A DNA stretch of 63,395 nucleotides, filler included, from Octopus bimaculoides (GCF_001194135.2; 4 parts of 4 records of this genome joined end to end with filler, not necessarily neighbours in it), one strand, 5' to 3'; shown: positions 51,131 through 63,323, counted from the first letter of the whole stretch. A program made the numbers and translations. The notes: generated from the sequence alone by a model not told the origin.

Positions 51131-51816
51131 ATACTTTATAACACGTATGTACATGATATTTGAATAATACAAAACCATATTAAAATACAAATCCTAAACA
51201 ATAGTCATGATTCTTCAAATAATACAAGTTTTTACAAAGCACAATGAAAAGAAAAAAAGAAAGGAAAACAGGTTAGAGGTAGGTGCCTCATCTGGGACGT
51301 CAGTCTTTTGCCCTCCCCTACNNNNNNNNNNNNNNNNNNNNNNNNNNNNNNNNNNNNNNNNNNNNNNNNNNNNNNNNNNNNNNNNNNNNNNNNNNNNNNN
51401 NNNNNNNNNNNNNNNNNNNNNNNNNNNNNNNNNNNNNNNNNNNNNNNNNNNNNNNNNNNNNNNNNNNNNNNNNNNNNNNNNNNNNNNNNNNNNNNNNNNN
51501 NNNNNNNNNNNNNNNNNNNNNNNNNNNNNNNNNNNNNNNNNNNNNNNNNNNNNNNNNNNNNNNNNNNNNNNNNNNNNNNNNNNNNNNNNNNNNNNNNNNN
51601 NNNNNNNNNNNNNNNNNNGTTCCGTCGAACCTTGTGGTGTGCGATTTGGTGCTGCATTGAGGTTTTTTTCTCTATTTCTTTTTTTTTTCTGATTTTCTTT
51701 ATCTTTCTTTTGTGGAAACGCATATTATGGAAGAGTCATGACTATTGTTTAGGATTTGTATTTTGATTTGGTTTTGCAGTATTCCTATATATTTAATCAA
51801 TGCCTGTTATGGTGCA

Positions 51817-52536
51817 ACGTCGAGATCACCAATTTGTAACGGTGGAAGTTTATAAATTTGTACTGTTGAAATTAATTTGTAAACAATAGTATGGAACGTC
51901 GGAGTCGTAATCAGCTTGTAAGGATTGGTTCTTCGTTGATTGCCATTATGTAAAGATGAAAGAACAGTGATTGAAGTTGTAAAGGAAATATTTATTTTAC
52001 CGTTACATTGTAAAATACCTTGCCTCGACAGGCAGGTGATAAAATCATAAAGCATGCAAAGTAAAGTTAGACGTAGATTTTCCTTGTATAGTTTGTGTTT
52101 GTGTTCTCGTCATTGTGTAGTAGTAATTACAGATAGAGATGGAGTAAAGTTCTAAGAAAAAAGTGAGCTGAGCTAGAGATAGTGAGAGAGTCGAGGGAAG
52201 TTGGGTCTCACAGTCGCTGATCGTAAACTTCTTTCTCCCTCTGACCATTTGGTTTCTAGTCGCCGCCTGCTTGTGACCATAATTCTAGTTGTCAGTTCAC
52301 TAACTGATGGTCGCTCTCCCTAACTCAAGTTGTTACTAACTGACCAACTTTTGCTTCGGGGTTCCTGTTTTTATAACTATCCAGAAGGATAGACATATCG
52401 TTGAGAACAATGGATTTCGTTGGTGATACTTGTTAATTCTAGCTTTTGGTGAAATAGAAGAGTTTAGAAAGGTCAAGTGGTGAAAACATTATTTTTGCTT
52501 AACTAAGGCATCTGGCAAATATAAACTGCTGTCACA
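51817..52536 (-). mobile_element. LTR (about 51835-52536) followed by a tRNA-Trp-like primer binding site (51817-51831); internal region absent
   Basis: Minus strand: TGTGAC start, TATAAAA, AATAAA, end ...GTTACA, then AAT and TGGTGATCTCGACGT (13 of 15 identical to TGGTGACCCCGACGT, the complement of the tRNA-Trp 3' end). Confidence 0.65.
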
Positions 52537-53018
52537 GAAAAAACTATTGTTTTATCGTGAGAAAAGTGCTGTTGAAGTGTCAATTTAAATTTTGCTATTT
52601 AGGATCGAATCTACTTCATGCTGGCAAGCTCCATTACATATAATATACATATGTATTATATATGTGATAAAGTATATCAGAATTTATGAAAAAAAATTTC
52701 TGAGTGTGGGATGGAGTTTCGACTAATTCACACTAGTCAATTTTGTTTCCTCAAACTTTTTGATGCAGATTACAGATATGGGTGGATATTGGGTGGGAAA
52801 CATCAGATCCCACCCCCATTCTTTCCAAAAATTTCTTCGGATACTTGTATTTTCAATATCGACGATTACGATACTTGCCCCACCCCACCAAAAAAAAAAA
52901 AGGTTTTCAAAATTCTAATTTACGCTTCCCAGCCAGGAGTTGTAAAATGTTAATTGATGGAAAATTAATTGCAATATATTGGTCCAATTAATTGATTGGA
53001 GTCGTACTGCCAATTAAA

Positions 53019-53397
53019 TAGGAGATGCTGTGTGATAAGTAGCTTGCTTACGAACCACATGGTTCCGGGTTCTACTATAGCCTCGGGCCGACCAAAGCCT
53101 TGTGAGTGGATTTGGTAGACAGAAACCGAAAGAAGCCCGTCCTATATATGTATATATATATGTCTGTGTATGTGTTTGTGTGTCTGTGTTTGTCCCCCCA
53201 ACATCGCTTGACAACCGATGCTGGTGTGTTTACGTCCCCATAATTAGTGGTTCGGCAAAAGAGACCGATAGAATAAGTACTAGGCTTACAAAGAAAATGT
53301 CCTGGGGTCGATTTGCTCGACTAAAGGCAGTGCTCCAGCATGGCCACAGTCAAAATATCTGAAATAAGTAAAAGAGTGAAAGAGAGTAAAAGAGATA
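53019..53397 (+). mobile_element. SINE family B, near full length with a deletion in the head
   Basis: Colinear with the 16968 copy. Confidence 0.85.
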
Positions 53398-53524
53398 TCA
53401 ATTAATTGCAGTTAATTGCAACATTGTCAGCGAAAGTTTTTCAAATGGTTCAATACTCCATTCAAAGTTCAATTGGCAAATACAGCGTACTATTATTATT
53501 TGAGCTATTGTGTGAACACTTTCT

Positions 53525-53732
53525 TCTGACTGCTGAGAATGATTCATGCATTCTGTTGTGCTTAGGAATTGACTATTGGGTATGCTGTCAAGTGATGATG
53601 TTTGATTCGGACTACTGAGAATGATGCACATTCTATCATGCTTGGGAATTGGTTATTGTGCATGTTGTCAAATAATTGCTGTCGAGTGATTCTTGTTTCT
53701 GATTGCCAAGAATGATTCATACATTCTGTCTT
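53525..53732. repeat. Degenerate tandem repeat, about 85 bp unit, about 2.4 copies
   Basis: TCTGACTGCTGAGAATGATTCATGCATTCTG / TCGGACTACTGAGAATGATGCACATTCTA / TCTGATTGCCAAGAATGATTCATACATTCTG. Confidence 0.75.
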
Positions 53733-53815
53733 CAAGTCATTAAATCATAACTTCGCCTGCAATGTGGCTGTATCTTGAATTCTGCACCAACATATTAACT
53801 AAATAAGACTCTCAT

Positions 53816-54585
53816 CAGTGGACTGGCGAAATATCTTCTATTTTAAACTGTAGCAAAATATCTTTTATTTTAAACTAATCCATGCCACATGAAAACGAGC
53901 AAATCGTCAGAATATATTTTAACCAAACAGACAGTGAACATGTATGGAAATGCAAGTGTGGAAAAAAGTTATCCTAGAAAAAAAGGAACTGGATGGACAA
54001 ATCTTATGAATCATATAAAAAAACCCAGCATTCAGAATATTCTACTACACAAGCAACTGGACAACCATTTTTATCGAATTTTCTTTCACCAGGAAGTAGT
54101 TTGGTCAGTCACTTGTATANNNNNNNNNNNNNNNNNNNNNNNNNNNNNNNNNNNNNNNNNNNNNNNNNNNNNNNNNNNNNNNNNNNNNNNNNNNNNNNNN
54201 NNNNNNNNNNNNNNNNNNNNNNNNNNNNNNNNNNNNNNNNNNNNNNNNNNATATATATGTGTGTGTGTGTGTGTGTGTGTATGTTTAAGGTTGGATTGAG
54301 TGGGTATGTGTTGGTTTAAAACCATTTTCCCTTACAGAAGACCCACTGACTTATAAGTATACAAACTTGAGAAGTATGACAAATGTGACCTTAAAGAAAT
54401 ATATGGGGAAACTTACTCAAGAAGTGAAAAAAAATATCTGATGAACTTCCAAGTAAATTTTCGTTGGTAATCAATAGTTGGACAAAGGGTTCAATGCATT
54501 TCATTGGACTTTTTGCATCTTATTCATGCAATTATCATGTTTTGCTGGCATTTACTGCTTCTGATTATGTTGAATTTATGAAGTA
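53816..54585 (+). mobile_element. 5' part of a hAT DNA transposon; decayed transposase with a BED-like zinc finger
   Basis: CAGTG start; ATG at 53882: YFNQTDSEHVWKCKCGKKL/GTGWTNLMNHIK/HSEY; after the gap GWIEWVCVGLKPFSLTEDPLTYKYTNL...LKKYMGKLTQEV/ISDELPSKFSLVINSWTKGSMHFIGLFASY. Confidence 0.75.
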
Positions 54586-54630
54586 CTAACAGAGATACCC
54601 GGCCTTGCTCAGGATTAAAATGGCATAGTT
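54585..54630 (-). mobile_element. Helitron-like 3' terminus (reverse)
   Basis: The reverse complement AATCCTGAGCAAGGCCGGGTATCTCTGTTAGT is a variant of the 58921-58951 terminus. Confidence 0.5.
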
Positions 54631-54635
54631 TTTTT

Positions 54636-54930
54636 TATTGTTTTACTTGTTTCAGTCATGTGACTGGCCATGCTGGAGCACCACCTTTGGTCAAAAAAAT
54701 TGACCACAAAATTTATTCTTTGCAAGCATAATATTTGTTCTATCAGTGTTTTTGCCAAACTGCTAAGTTATGGAAACGTAAACACAGCAACATCGGATGT
54801 CAAGCAATGGTGAGAGTACAAACTCAGACACACACACACACAAATATACACATATGTATGACAGTCTTGTTTCAGTTTCCGTGTACGAAATCCACTCACA
54901 AGGCTTTGGTCGACCTGAAGCTATGGTCAC
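54636..54930 (-). mobile_element. SINE family B, 5'-truncated, reverse
   Basis: Colinear with the 16968 copy. Confidence 0.8.
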
Positions 54931-55172
54931 TACCTGGAGATTTACTACCTTTAGTACCAACTGCTATCGTAACTATTAATATAAACTTTCAACCCCGTAA
55001 TATGGACCATAATCTCAAGCCCTCAACTGTAAACATATTGTATGTTTATATGTATGTGTATATTTGTAGGCAAGGAAAATACGAACCACTGCCAGAATCC
55101 ACCCTTCCTATCGCATGAAATATGTATGTATGCATGTATGTATATATATGTGTATGTATATATATGTGTATG

Positions 55173-55211
<39 letters not shown>

Positions 55212-55479
55212 NNNNNNNNNNNNNNNNNNNNNNNNNNNNNNNNNNNNNNNNNNNNTTAATTAATTAANNNNNNNNNNNNNNNNNNNNNNNNNNNNNNNNN
55301 NNNNNNNNNNNAAAAGCTCTACATTTGTATTTTGTCCCCTCTGTGTTGAGCCCTGTGTGGCTAATAAAGAAACATATCTATCTATCTATCTATCTATATA
55401 TATATATATATATATGTGTGTATGTATGTAATGTATGTATGTATGTATGTATGTATGTATGTATATATGTATAATCATA

Positions 55480-55538
<59 letters not shown>

Positions 55539-55545
55539 TGATTTT

Positions 55546-55760
55546 GGTGAGTTGGCAGAAACGTTAACACGCCAGGTGAAATGCTTAGGGGCATTTCGTC
55601 TGTCTTTACATTCTCAGTTCAAATTCAACGGAGGTCGACTTTGCCTTTCATCCTTTCGGGGTCGATAAATTAAATACCAGTTGCGTACTGGGGTCGATCT
55701 AATTGACTGGTTCTCTCTCCCAAAATTTCGGGCCTTGTGCCTAGAGTAGAAAAGATTATG
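55546..55760 (+). mobile_element. SINE family A, full length
   Basis: Colinear with the 3628 and 15586 copies. Confidence 0.85.
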
Positions 55761-56108
55761 ATTGCGGTTGGGCGTAGCGATGCTAATACGTAGTTGTTAG
55801 AATTTAATATACTTATGCTTTAAAGAAACACGTTATGAGAATACAGTACGTAATAGCAATTAATGAATGACAAAAAAATAGGAGTTATGTTAAGGTCTTC
55901 AATAGCTTACTGCTGTTTCTGCAATAAAGAGCTGTGCACTTTAATTTATTGGCTCCGGGGAAGATACAAGATGTTGCACAAGTACTCAGCTGAGTGTATT
56001 GTTTCTTGGAGCAGAAATAGCTGTAAGCTAATGAAGACGATTACGTAATTCCTATTCTTTTGTCATTCATTAATATATATATATATATATTAATGATATA
56101 CGTACGTA

Positions 56109-56146
<38 letters not shown>

Positions 56147-56242
56147 CATACATACATACATACATACATTCATTCAACCATCCATACATACATACGTACG
56201 TACATACAAACATACATACATGCATGCATGCATGCACGCATG

Positions 56243-56274
<32 letters not shown>

Positions 56275-56308
56275 CGTACATACATACATACATACATACA
56301 TACATACA

Positions 56309-56341
<33 letters not shown>

Positions 56342-56479
56342 GCGTACGTACATACATGCAAACAGACAGACATCGACCAAATTATTGCCAACTGCGAGAG
56401 AATATCTTCCAAATATTATCTTCTCGTGAGGTAGTGACCAGAACAGTCTCGAAGAGGATAAAAAAAAAAGAGAAAACAC

Positions 56480-56800
56480 CCCATTGTGACCGATGGGTCA
56501 AAAGGCTATTGGTGGAACCTAAAAATTAAAACAGCCACCAAATTAAAACACAATCGGCCACATATTGTTATGTGGTACCACAAAGAAAAGATATGTTCTT
56601 TTCTACGGACACCAGTGTGGTTAAACAAATACAAGGGGAGAATATCTATGGACCATTCATAAGGAGTTTGTAAGTCCAGTACCCTAGATGCACTGTCAGC
56701 TTCATACCTCTTATTAGTGGAGAAATAGGATACATACCAACCCGACTGAAGCCAAGTATGACTGAACGTGGGTTCTTGCGGGAGAGAACGCAATTCCTTA
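56480..56800 (+). pseudogene. Second RLE-type (R4/NeSL-like) non-LTR retrotransposon endonuclease fragment
   Basis: YWWNLKIKTATKLKHNRPHIVMWYHKEKICSF / ENIYGPFIRSL*VQYPRCTVSFIPLISGEIGYIP. Confidence 0.65.
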
Positions 56801-57090
56801 ATTCATATACTACAAATGATCAAGATCTCTGGAACTATAAAAATCTGCAAGACCTTTTTAAGATTTAAAGAACGATGTGTAAAACGAGATGCTTTCCTTC
56901 AGTCCAGTCAAACATTGCTTTAAATTAAAATGAGAAAGAGAAGTATATACATGCACACATACATACATACACACATACATACATACATACATACATACAT
57001 ACATACATGCATACCTACATACATGCACACATACATACACACAAACATACACACATATATTTGTATATATATATATATTCACATACCCCC

Positions 57091-57138
<48 letters not shown>

Positions 57139-57226
57139 GAGAATATACAAATAATAACAACAGACTAGGACAGGTGGTGTAAATAACAAAAGTATATATT
57201 AGTATGACGCTCGGGAATACGGAAAG

Positions 57227-57280
<54 letters not shown>

Positions 57281-57311
57281 TACACGCGCGCGTATACACG
57301 CACACGCACGC

Positions 57312-57353
<42 letters not shown>

Positions 57354-57427
57354 GTATGTATGTATCTAGGTTAGAAACTCACTCTTTCTCTATTGGCAAG
57401 AAATCTTCAAATAAAACAGAATTATTA

Positions 57428-57590
57428 CGAGGGTCAGTCAAAAAGTAATGCCATTTTGTTTAGGACAGGTATAATTACCAACACAGAAACATGTATCATG
57501 CATGAAAATGAAGCTGGTCCTCCGTGGATCACATCCCTACTTCTCAACATAGTCACCGTTTCTCTCAATAGCAATGTTCAATATAGATTC
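57428..57590. mobile_element. Mariner-type terminal fragment
   Basis: TA|CGAGGGTCAGTCAAAAAGTAATG is a typical mariner TIR start; no partner TIR found. Confidence 0.5.
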
Positions 57591-58479
57591 TACAAAGTCG
57601 CTTCCAATTCTAAATTCTACCCTAGTCTTACCAGTAATTTCTGCTGTGTCACTCTTTGTCTCACTAAACACATTGCTCGATTCTTATTGCATATAACTGT
57701 GTCTTATACCTCTTGCAAGTTGCTGGTATATTTGTCCTGCTCTCTGAATTCTTGGTTCAGATCCCGCCTAGATCGATGTAGCTTTCTTCCTTTTGCGGGG
57801 TTGATGAATAAAGTACCAACCAAGTACTGCAGTCGATTCTTTCTTTTTTTGTTTGTTTGTTTGTTTCTTTCTTTCTTTCTTTCTCATGCTCATACTTGTC
57901 TTCTCTTCATTGACCATTTGTACCTGTCTCTCCAGTAACATATCAGCGTAGCCAACCTTTACTATTGAGTTTGGGTTACTGTTCAGTTAAAGGTATGGAG
58001 AGAGACAACGTTATGCCTGACAAACAGTAACTGTTTGCTGCTATATTTTCATTGGAATACACTGCTTCGGTTTCGATTAATTTTGGAAATGGTGAGGAAA
58101 TTAATAAAACAACTATTAAAGTAATGCTTGCAACATAAATTAACAAAAAAGAAATTGATAAAAAGTTATATTTTAAGTCATTTAAACTCTTTTGTTACCA
58201 TATTTCTGTTCAAATACACTGCCATTTTTCAATTAATCTATACTATAAATTGCAGTGTTCTTGATTGCTTGCTTGCTTGATTGATTGATTGATTGAGTGT
58301 CGGCAGATTCACTCGAGAACGGTGTAGTGGAATCGCGTGAAATTCAGCAGAGCGGCAGCATGGTCCGCTCATGTTCAGAAGTTGCCCTCCAACTCCCATG
58401 GTTACCGAGATAATCGATAATTACTTTTTAAGATAGGAATATCCCATTNNNNNNNNNNAAAAAGCCAAAGCTGTTAGAC

Positions 58480-58950
58480 GCTGGCGTACAGCGATCGATA
58501 TATACGCAGTGAACGTTTTCTCCATTTGCGTGCAATAAGGCTTAGGGCAAGCGAGTGTAACATCGAAATAACTTGAAAAGAATGCATGTGGGAATGCCGT
58601 TATAATGAATAATCATTTAAATGTATTTTGCATGGAGTTGATGTACTTTTTAACAGGAGAGGAGTGCCTGCAGGCTGGTTCTTCTCAAGTTTATGCATTT
58701 TCAGGTTCAATGTGTTTCAAATAAGTACTGACAATTGAAGGTGATTGCAAAGACAAAGAACTACCTGCTTTTTTCTAACAATTTTAACATTGAGAACATT
58801 GGACAAAATATGTTATTGACATTAATAGTTTGTACCTCAGCTAATTATTGTTGAGAACTGCATAATCCATGTGTCATGTTAGGGATCTAAAAGGCATTTT
58901 CGAATTTCATTATTTTCTTTAATCCAGGCAACGCTGGATATTTCTGCTAG
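58480..58950 (+). mobile_element. Non-autonomous Helitron-like element (3' end defined, 5' end uncertain)
   Basis: Subterminal hairpin TCCAGGCAACGCTGGA (58923-58938) followed by ...CTAG at 58947-58950 and then T. Confidence 0.6.
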
Positions 58951-59202
58951 TTTTGAATAAAATGAAGAATTTAGTGAAATAACTTTGTCCTTATTAAACA
59001 GAAGTTTCGAACATACAAGAATTTGGATGGATGGGTTTTAATTTAAACGACTTTTAAATAAGAAGATTTATCATAGAAACACCGGCGACCTTAGTATAAA
59101 TCATACTACATTTACAATATTTTTCACTTGAGAGGAATATAGAATACACGTAAGTTCTGATTAGGTGAAATATTGAGGGACAACTACACGTTGTAGGTAG
59201 AA

Positions 59203-59254
<52 letters not shown>

Positions 59255-59490
59255 ATCGACTGTAGTACTTGGTTGATACTTTATTCATCAACCCCCAAAA
59301 TGAAGAAAGCCACATCGATCTAGGTAGGATCTGAATTCAGAGAGCATGACGAAAATCGCAAGGCATTCCCATCGATGCTCAAACGACTCTGCTAATGTTA
59401 ACAATTGTTGAACACTTGTAGAGGTTCCCTCGTTTGCCAGGGGTTAGGTAAGTGTATAATGATTAATGACTGGTAATATATGTATGTATG

Positions 59491-59541
<51 letters not shown>

Positions 59542-59790
59542 GTGTGCGAGCGTTGTGTATGTTTGTGCGCGTGCGTTGTGTGTATGTGTGCAAGTATTTG
59601 AGTAAAATATTAAACCTACTGTTGATAATCTAAGTTGCGTTTGCACCAGAACAGCCAGGCACTAGCAAAGACAGAAGAAGCATTCAACCCACAAAACAAC
59701 AACAACAAAAGTAACGGTAGTGAACATTGAAAAGAGAGGGGAAAAATTAACGTTTCAAACGTATAGCAATAGTTGTTTTATGTCTCAGTG

Positions 59791-59979
59791 AGAATGTTTG
59801 CGATATGTTCCAGTGTATCTAGAATGTTCTCTATATGTCCCAGTATATCTAAAATGTTTGCTATATGTCGCGGTGTATTTAGAATGACATATGTCCCAGT
59901 ATATCTAGAATGTTTGATATATATCCTGGTGTGTTTGGAATGTCTGATACAAATCTCAGTGTATCTAGAGTGTTTGATA
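59791..59979. repeat. 30 bp minisatellite, about 6.5 copies
   Basis: Consensus AGAATGTTTGCTATATGTCCCAGTGTATCT. Confidence 0.9.
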
Positions 59980-60165
59980 AATAACCCATCATTGAATGTT
60001 CAAAATATATATCCTTGCGTGTAAAGGTGTTTTATATTATTAATCTCAAGGACTCAGCTAGCAGAATCCGTATTTCTTCCGGTCTTTTACGTTTCAAATC
60101 CCAGTTACCAACTTTGTCTTTCATTCTAACGGAGTCGCTAATATAAAGTATCAGTCAAGTACCGA

Positions 60166-60554
60166 GGTGGAGGCACAATGACCCAGTGGTTAGGGCAGCG
60201 AACTCGCGGTCATAGGATCGCGGTTTCGATTCCTAGACCGGGCGTTGTGAGTGTTTATTGAGCGAAAACACCTAAAGCTCCACGAAGCTACGACAGGGGA
60301 TGGTGGCGAACCCTGCTGTACTCTTTCATCACAACTTTCTCTCACTCTTACTTCCTGTTTCTGTTGTGCCGGTAATTCAAAGGGCCAGCCCTGTCACACT
60401 GTGTCACGCTGAATATCCCCGATATCCTACGTTAAGGGTACACGTGTCTGTGGAATGCTCAGCCACTTGCACGTTAATTTCACGAACAGGCTGTTCCGTT
60501 GATCGGATCAACTGGAACCCTCGAGGGCGTAAGCGACGGAGTGCCAGTTCAAGT
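60166..60554 (+). mobile_element. SINE family C, full length, inserted into a family A copy (60058-60630) with a target-site duplication
   Basis: tRNA-like head GGTGGAGGCACAATGACCCAGTGGTTAGGGCAGC...GGTTTCGATTCC; TCAAGTACCGAGGT at 60155-60168 and 60555-60568; the flanks rejoin into a family A body. Confidence 0.88.
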
Positions 60555-61132
60555 TCAAGTACCGAGGTCGATGCTTCAGACTAATCTCTTCCCCTCAAAA
60601 CTGATGGTCTTCTGCCAATTTTGAATGCATTTCAGTTTTCTCGCTTCATTCTTGAACAATTTGCCCATGCTCCATCTGACTTTTCACTTTATTGTTTTGC
60701 TGATGTGGGTTTTAGTGTAGAAAGACTTCATCATTTAGAGACGGGGTTTCAGTCATTCTTTCTCCCTTTCCTTCAGTCGGTTTAGTATGACAGAATCTTA
60801 TTTGGCTTCACCTTTCTTTCTGATATTTAAATTACCGCACAACATCCTAATTTTCCGGCTAACCTGCATCGACGGGATAACACGAAAATACCCTGGTATG
60901 CCTGGAATATCAGATATTCCTGTAAGACTAGAACGACCTTCATGTGTTGAAAGTTCGACCGCTTGGTCATGGAAGGTTTGGGAACAACCCATAAAGCTGA
61001 TGATGCATACTTCAATTGAATTTAGAAAGTAAATTTGGGAGTGTAAATTTGTAATGCAAATTTCTCATGCAAACAAACACCAGGTTTGTTTGCATGCGAA
61101 ATAGGACGGAGAACAGAAGCAGCAGTAGTATC

Positions 61133-61183
<51 letters not shown>

Positions 61184-61369
61184 TGCTTAATCACTGGTCA
61201 GCCCCGATTGAGCCTCTTAAAAGAAAGATAATCCATCTCTGGCGAGGAATGCTACAGGACCACATCATCGGATTTATCTTTCTCGTTTGAAAGCCATAGG
61301 GTGTGGACTGAAGATGATTTAGCTGCTGTTTCTAGAAGGCCGTGCGACCACCTAGACTCCCTCTTTGAT

Positions 61370-61430
<61 letters not shown>

Positions 61431-61990
61431 GGTGGTGGTGGTGGTGGTGGTGGTGGCAGCAACAGCAGCAGTAGTAGCAGTGGTAGCAGCAAAAACAGTA
61501 GCAATAAAGTAGTGGCGTGTCAAAGTAACTCTACTTACTTGCACCAAATGCTAGAAATGGCAGCCAAATTTCGCACGTATCACACGCTACAGCCATTAAA
61601 TAAAATAAAACATGAATCATTCGCCAATATAGTTCGAAATGTATCAATATACAGGATGGTCATGGTCTGAACACTTTTGATCATATATATGCACTAACAA
61701 GAATCCCCTGGGGAGCTAAACAATACCAGTATGGAACATTACTGTTACATCGATAGTCAGCAAGCTGATGATCAAAGGCACTCCTGTCGTCATCATCCCA
61801 TTTTCATTTCTTGAGAAAAGGGATCAAGCTATGTGAGTCCAGGACTAATATTATCCAACGTGTCGTTCCTTTTTCTTAGGATGGCAGCGCATGATTTGAG
61901 GAAGAACTGGCTGGTATTTCTAATACAACCAGCGACCAGTCAGCGGTCGGGTCAATCGTTAAAGTTATGTGATATTAATGTTGAAGATAA

Positions 61991-62208
61991 GGCGGTGAAC
62001 TGGCAGAATCGTTAGCATGCTGAGACAAAATGCTTAGCGGCATTTCATCCATCTTTACTTTCTGAGTCCAAATTCCTCTGAGGTCGACTTTGCCTTTCAT
62101 CCTTTCGGGGGTCGATGAATTAAGTACCAGTGAAACACTGGGGTCGATGTAATCGACTATCCCCGCCCCCCAAATTGCAGGCCTTGCGCATATAATAGAA
62201 AGGATATT
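61991..62208 (+). mobile_element. SINE family A, full length
   Basis: Colinear with the other family A copies. Confidence 0.88.
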
Positions 62209-63022
62209 AATGGTGGAGATGTTTAACCCTAGGTCAGTGTCGAGCAAACATCCTATGAATCAAAGACGTTTGCGCACAGACAAATTTCTTCTTTCTGGCA
62301 GTATATCAAGTAACGTGTACCTAGCACCAATATTATTTACAACATAAGGCGGCAAGCTGGCGGAATGCTTAGCAGTATTNNNNNNNNNNNNNNNNNNNNN
62401 NNNNNNNNNNNNNNNNNNNNNNNNNNNNNNNNNNNNNNNNNNNNNNNNNNNNNNNNNNNNNNNNNNNNNNNNNNNNNNNNNNNNNNNNNNNNNNNNNNNN
62501 NNNNNNNNNNNNNNNNNNNNNNNNNNNNNNNNNNNNNNNNNNNNNNNNNNNNNNNNNNNNNNNNNNNNNNNNNNNNNNNNNNNNNNNNNNNNNNNNNNNN
62601 NNNNNNNNNNNNNNNNNNNNNNNNNNNNNNNNNNNNNNNNNNNNNNNNNNNNNNNNNNNNNNNNNNNNNNNNNNNNNNNNNNNNNNNNNNNNNNNNNNNN
62701 NNNNNNNNNNNNNNNNNNNNNNNNNNNNNNNNNNNNNNNNNNNNNNNNNNNNNNNNNNNNNNNNNNNNNNNNNNNNNNNNNNNNNNNNNNNNNNNNNNNN
62801 NNNNNNNNNNNNNNNNNNNNNNNNNNNNNNNNNNNNNNNNNNNNNNNNNNNNNNNNNNNNNNNNNNNNNNNNNNNNNNNNNNNNNNNNNNNNNNNNNNNN
62901 NNNNNNNNNNNNNNNNNNNNNNNNNNNNNNNNNNNNNNNNNNNNNNNNNNNNNNNNNAACAACTGCTCACATCTTTTGTTTATAACTGGCTATATTGTTT
63001 ACAGTAGCAGATATACTTACAG

Positions 63023-63063
<41 letters not shown>

Positions 63064-63164
63064 GCGTGCGCGCGTCTGTGTGTATAATACACGCACCAAA
63101 ACATATGCTAACAACTACATATGCATATATATATATATTATGTGTGTGTGTGCGTGTGTATATA

Positions 63165-63323
63165 CGACGGGCTTCTTACATTTAACAAATCCACTCACAA
63201 GGCTTTGTTCGGCCAGAAACTACAGAAGACACTTGTCTAAGGTGCGACACAGTGGACAGTGGGACTGAACCTGAAGCCATGTAGTAACGAAGCAAACTTC
63301 CTACCACACAGCCACACCTGCGC
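63165..63323 (-). mobile_element. SINE family B, 5' half, reverse
   Basis: AAATCCACTCACAAGGCTTTG...GGGACTGAACCTGAAGCCATGTAG...CCACACAGCCACACCTGCGCC. Confidence 0.8.

Noticed and set aside
29876-55311. Identical TTAATTAATTAA motif three times (29920, 38883, 55256)
   Set aside because: Each is centred in exactly 44+44 N. It is a synthetic six-frame-stop contig linker, not biology; contig order across these joins is uncertain
2557-57313. Dozens of ORFs rich in YI/CV/TH/poly-I/poly-L/poly-H
   Set aside because: They are translations of (TA)n, (CA)n, (TACA)n, (AAT)n and (GAT)n microsatellites, with no splice or composition support
53525-59979. Regularly spaced repeats considered as a CRISPR-like array
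   Set aside because: The units are contiguous degenerate tandem repeats without unique spacers, there are no cas-like ORFs and the context is eukaryotic
60778-61032. Strong acceptor at 60777 and an 81 aa ORF (MTESYLASPFF...)
   Set aside because: Both strands are similarly open, there is no recognisable domain, and the frame compatible with the 33381 donor stops after four codons
26144-62985. Long ORFs of 200-335 aa made mostly of X
   Set aside because: They only span N gaps
3628-63323. tRNA-like A/B box sequences at SINE heads
   Set aside because: They cannot form complete cloverleaves and continue into SINE bodies; not tRNA genes
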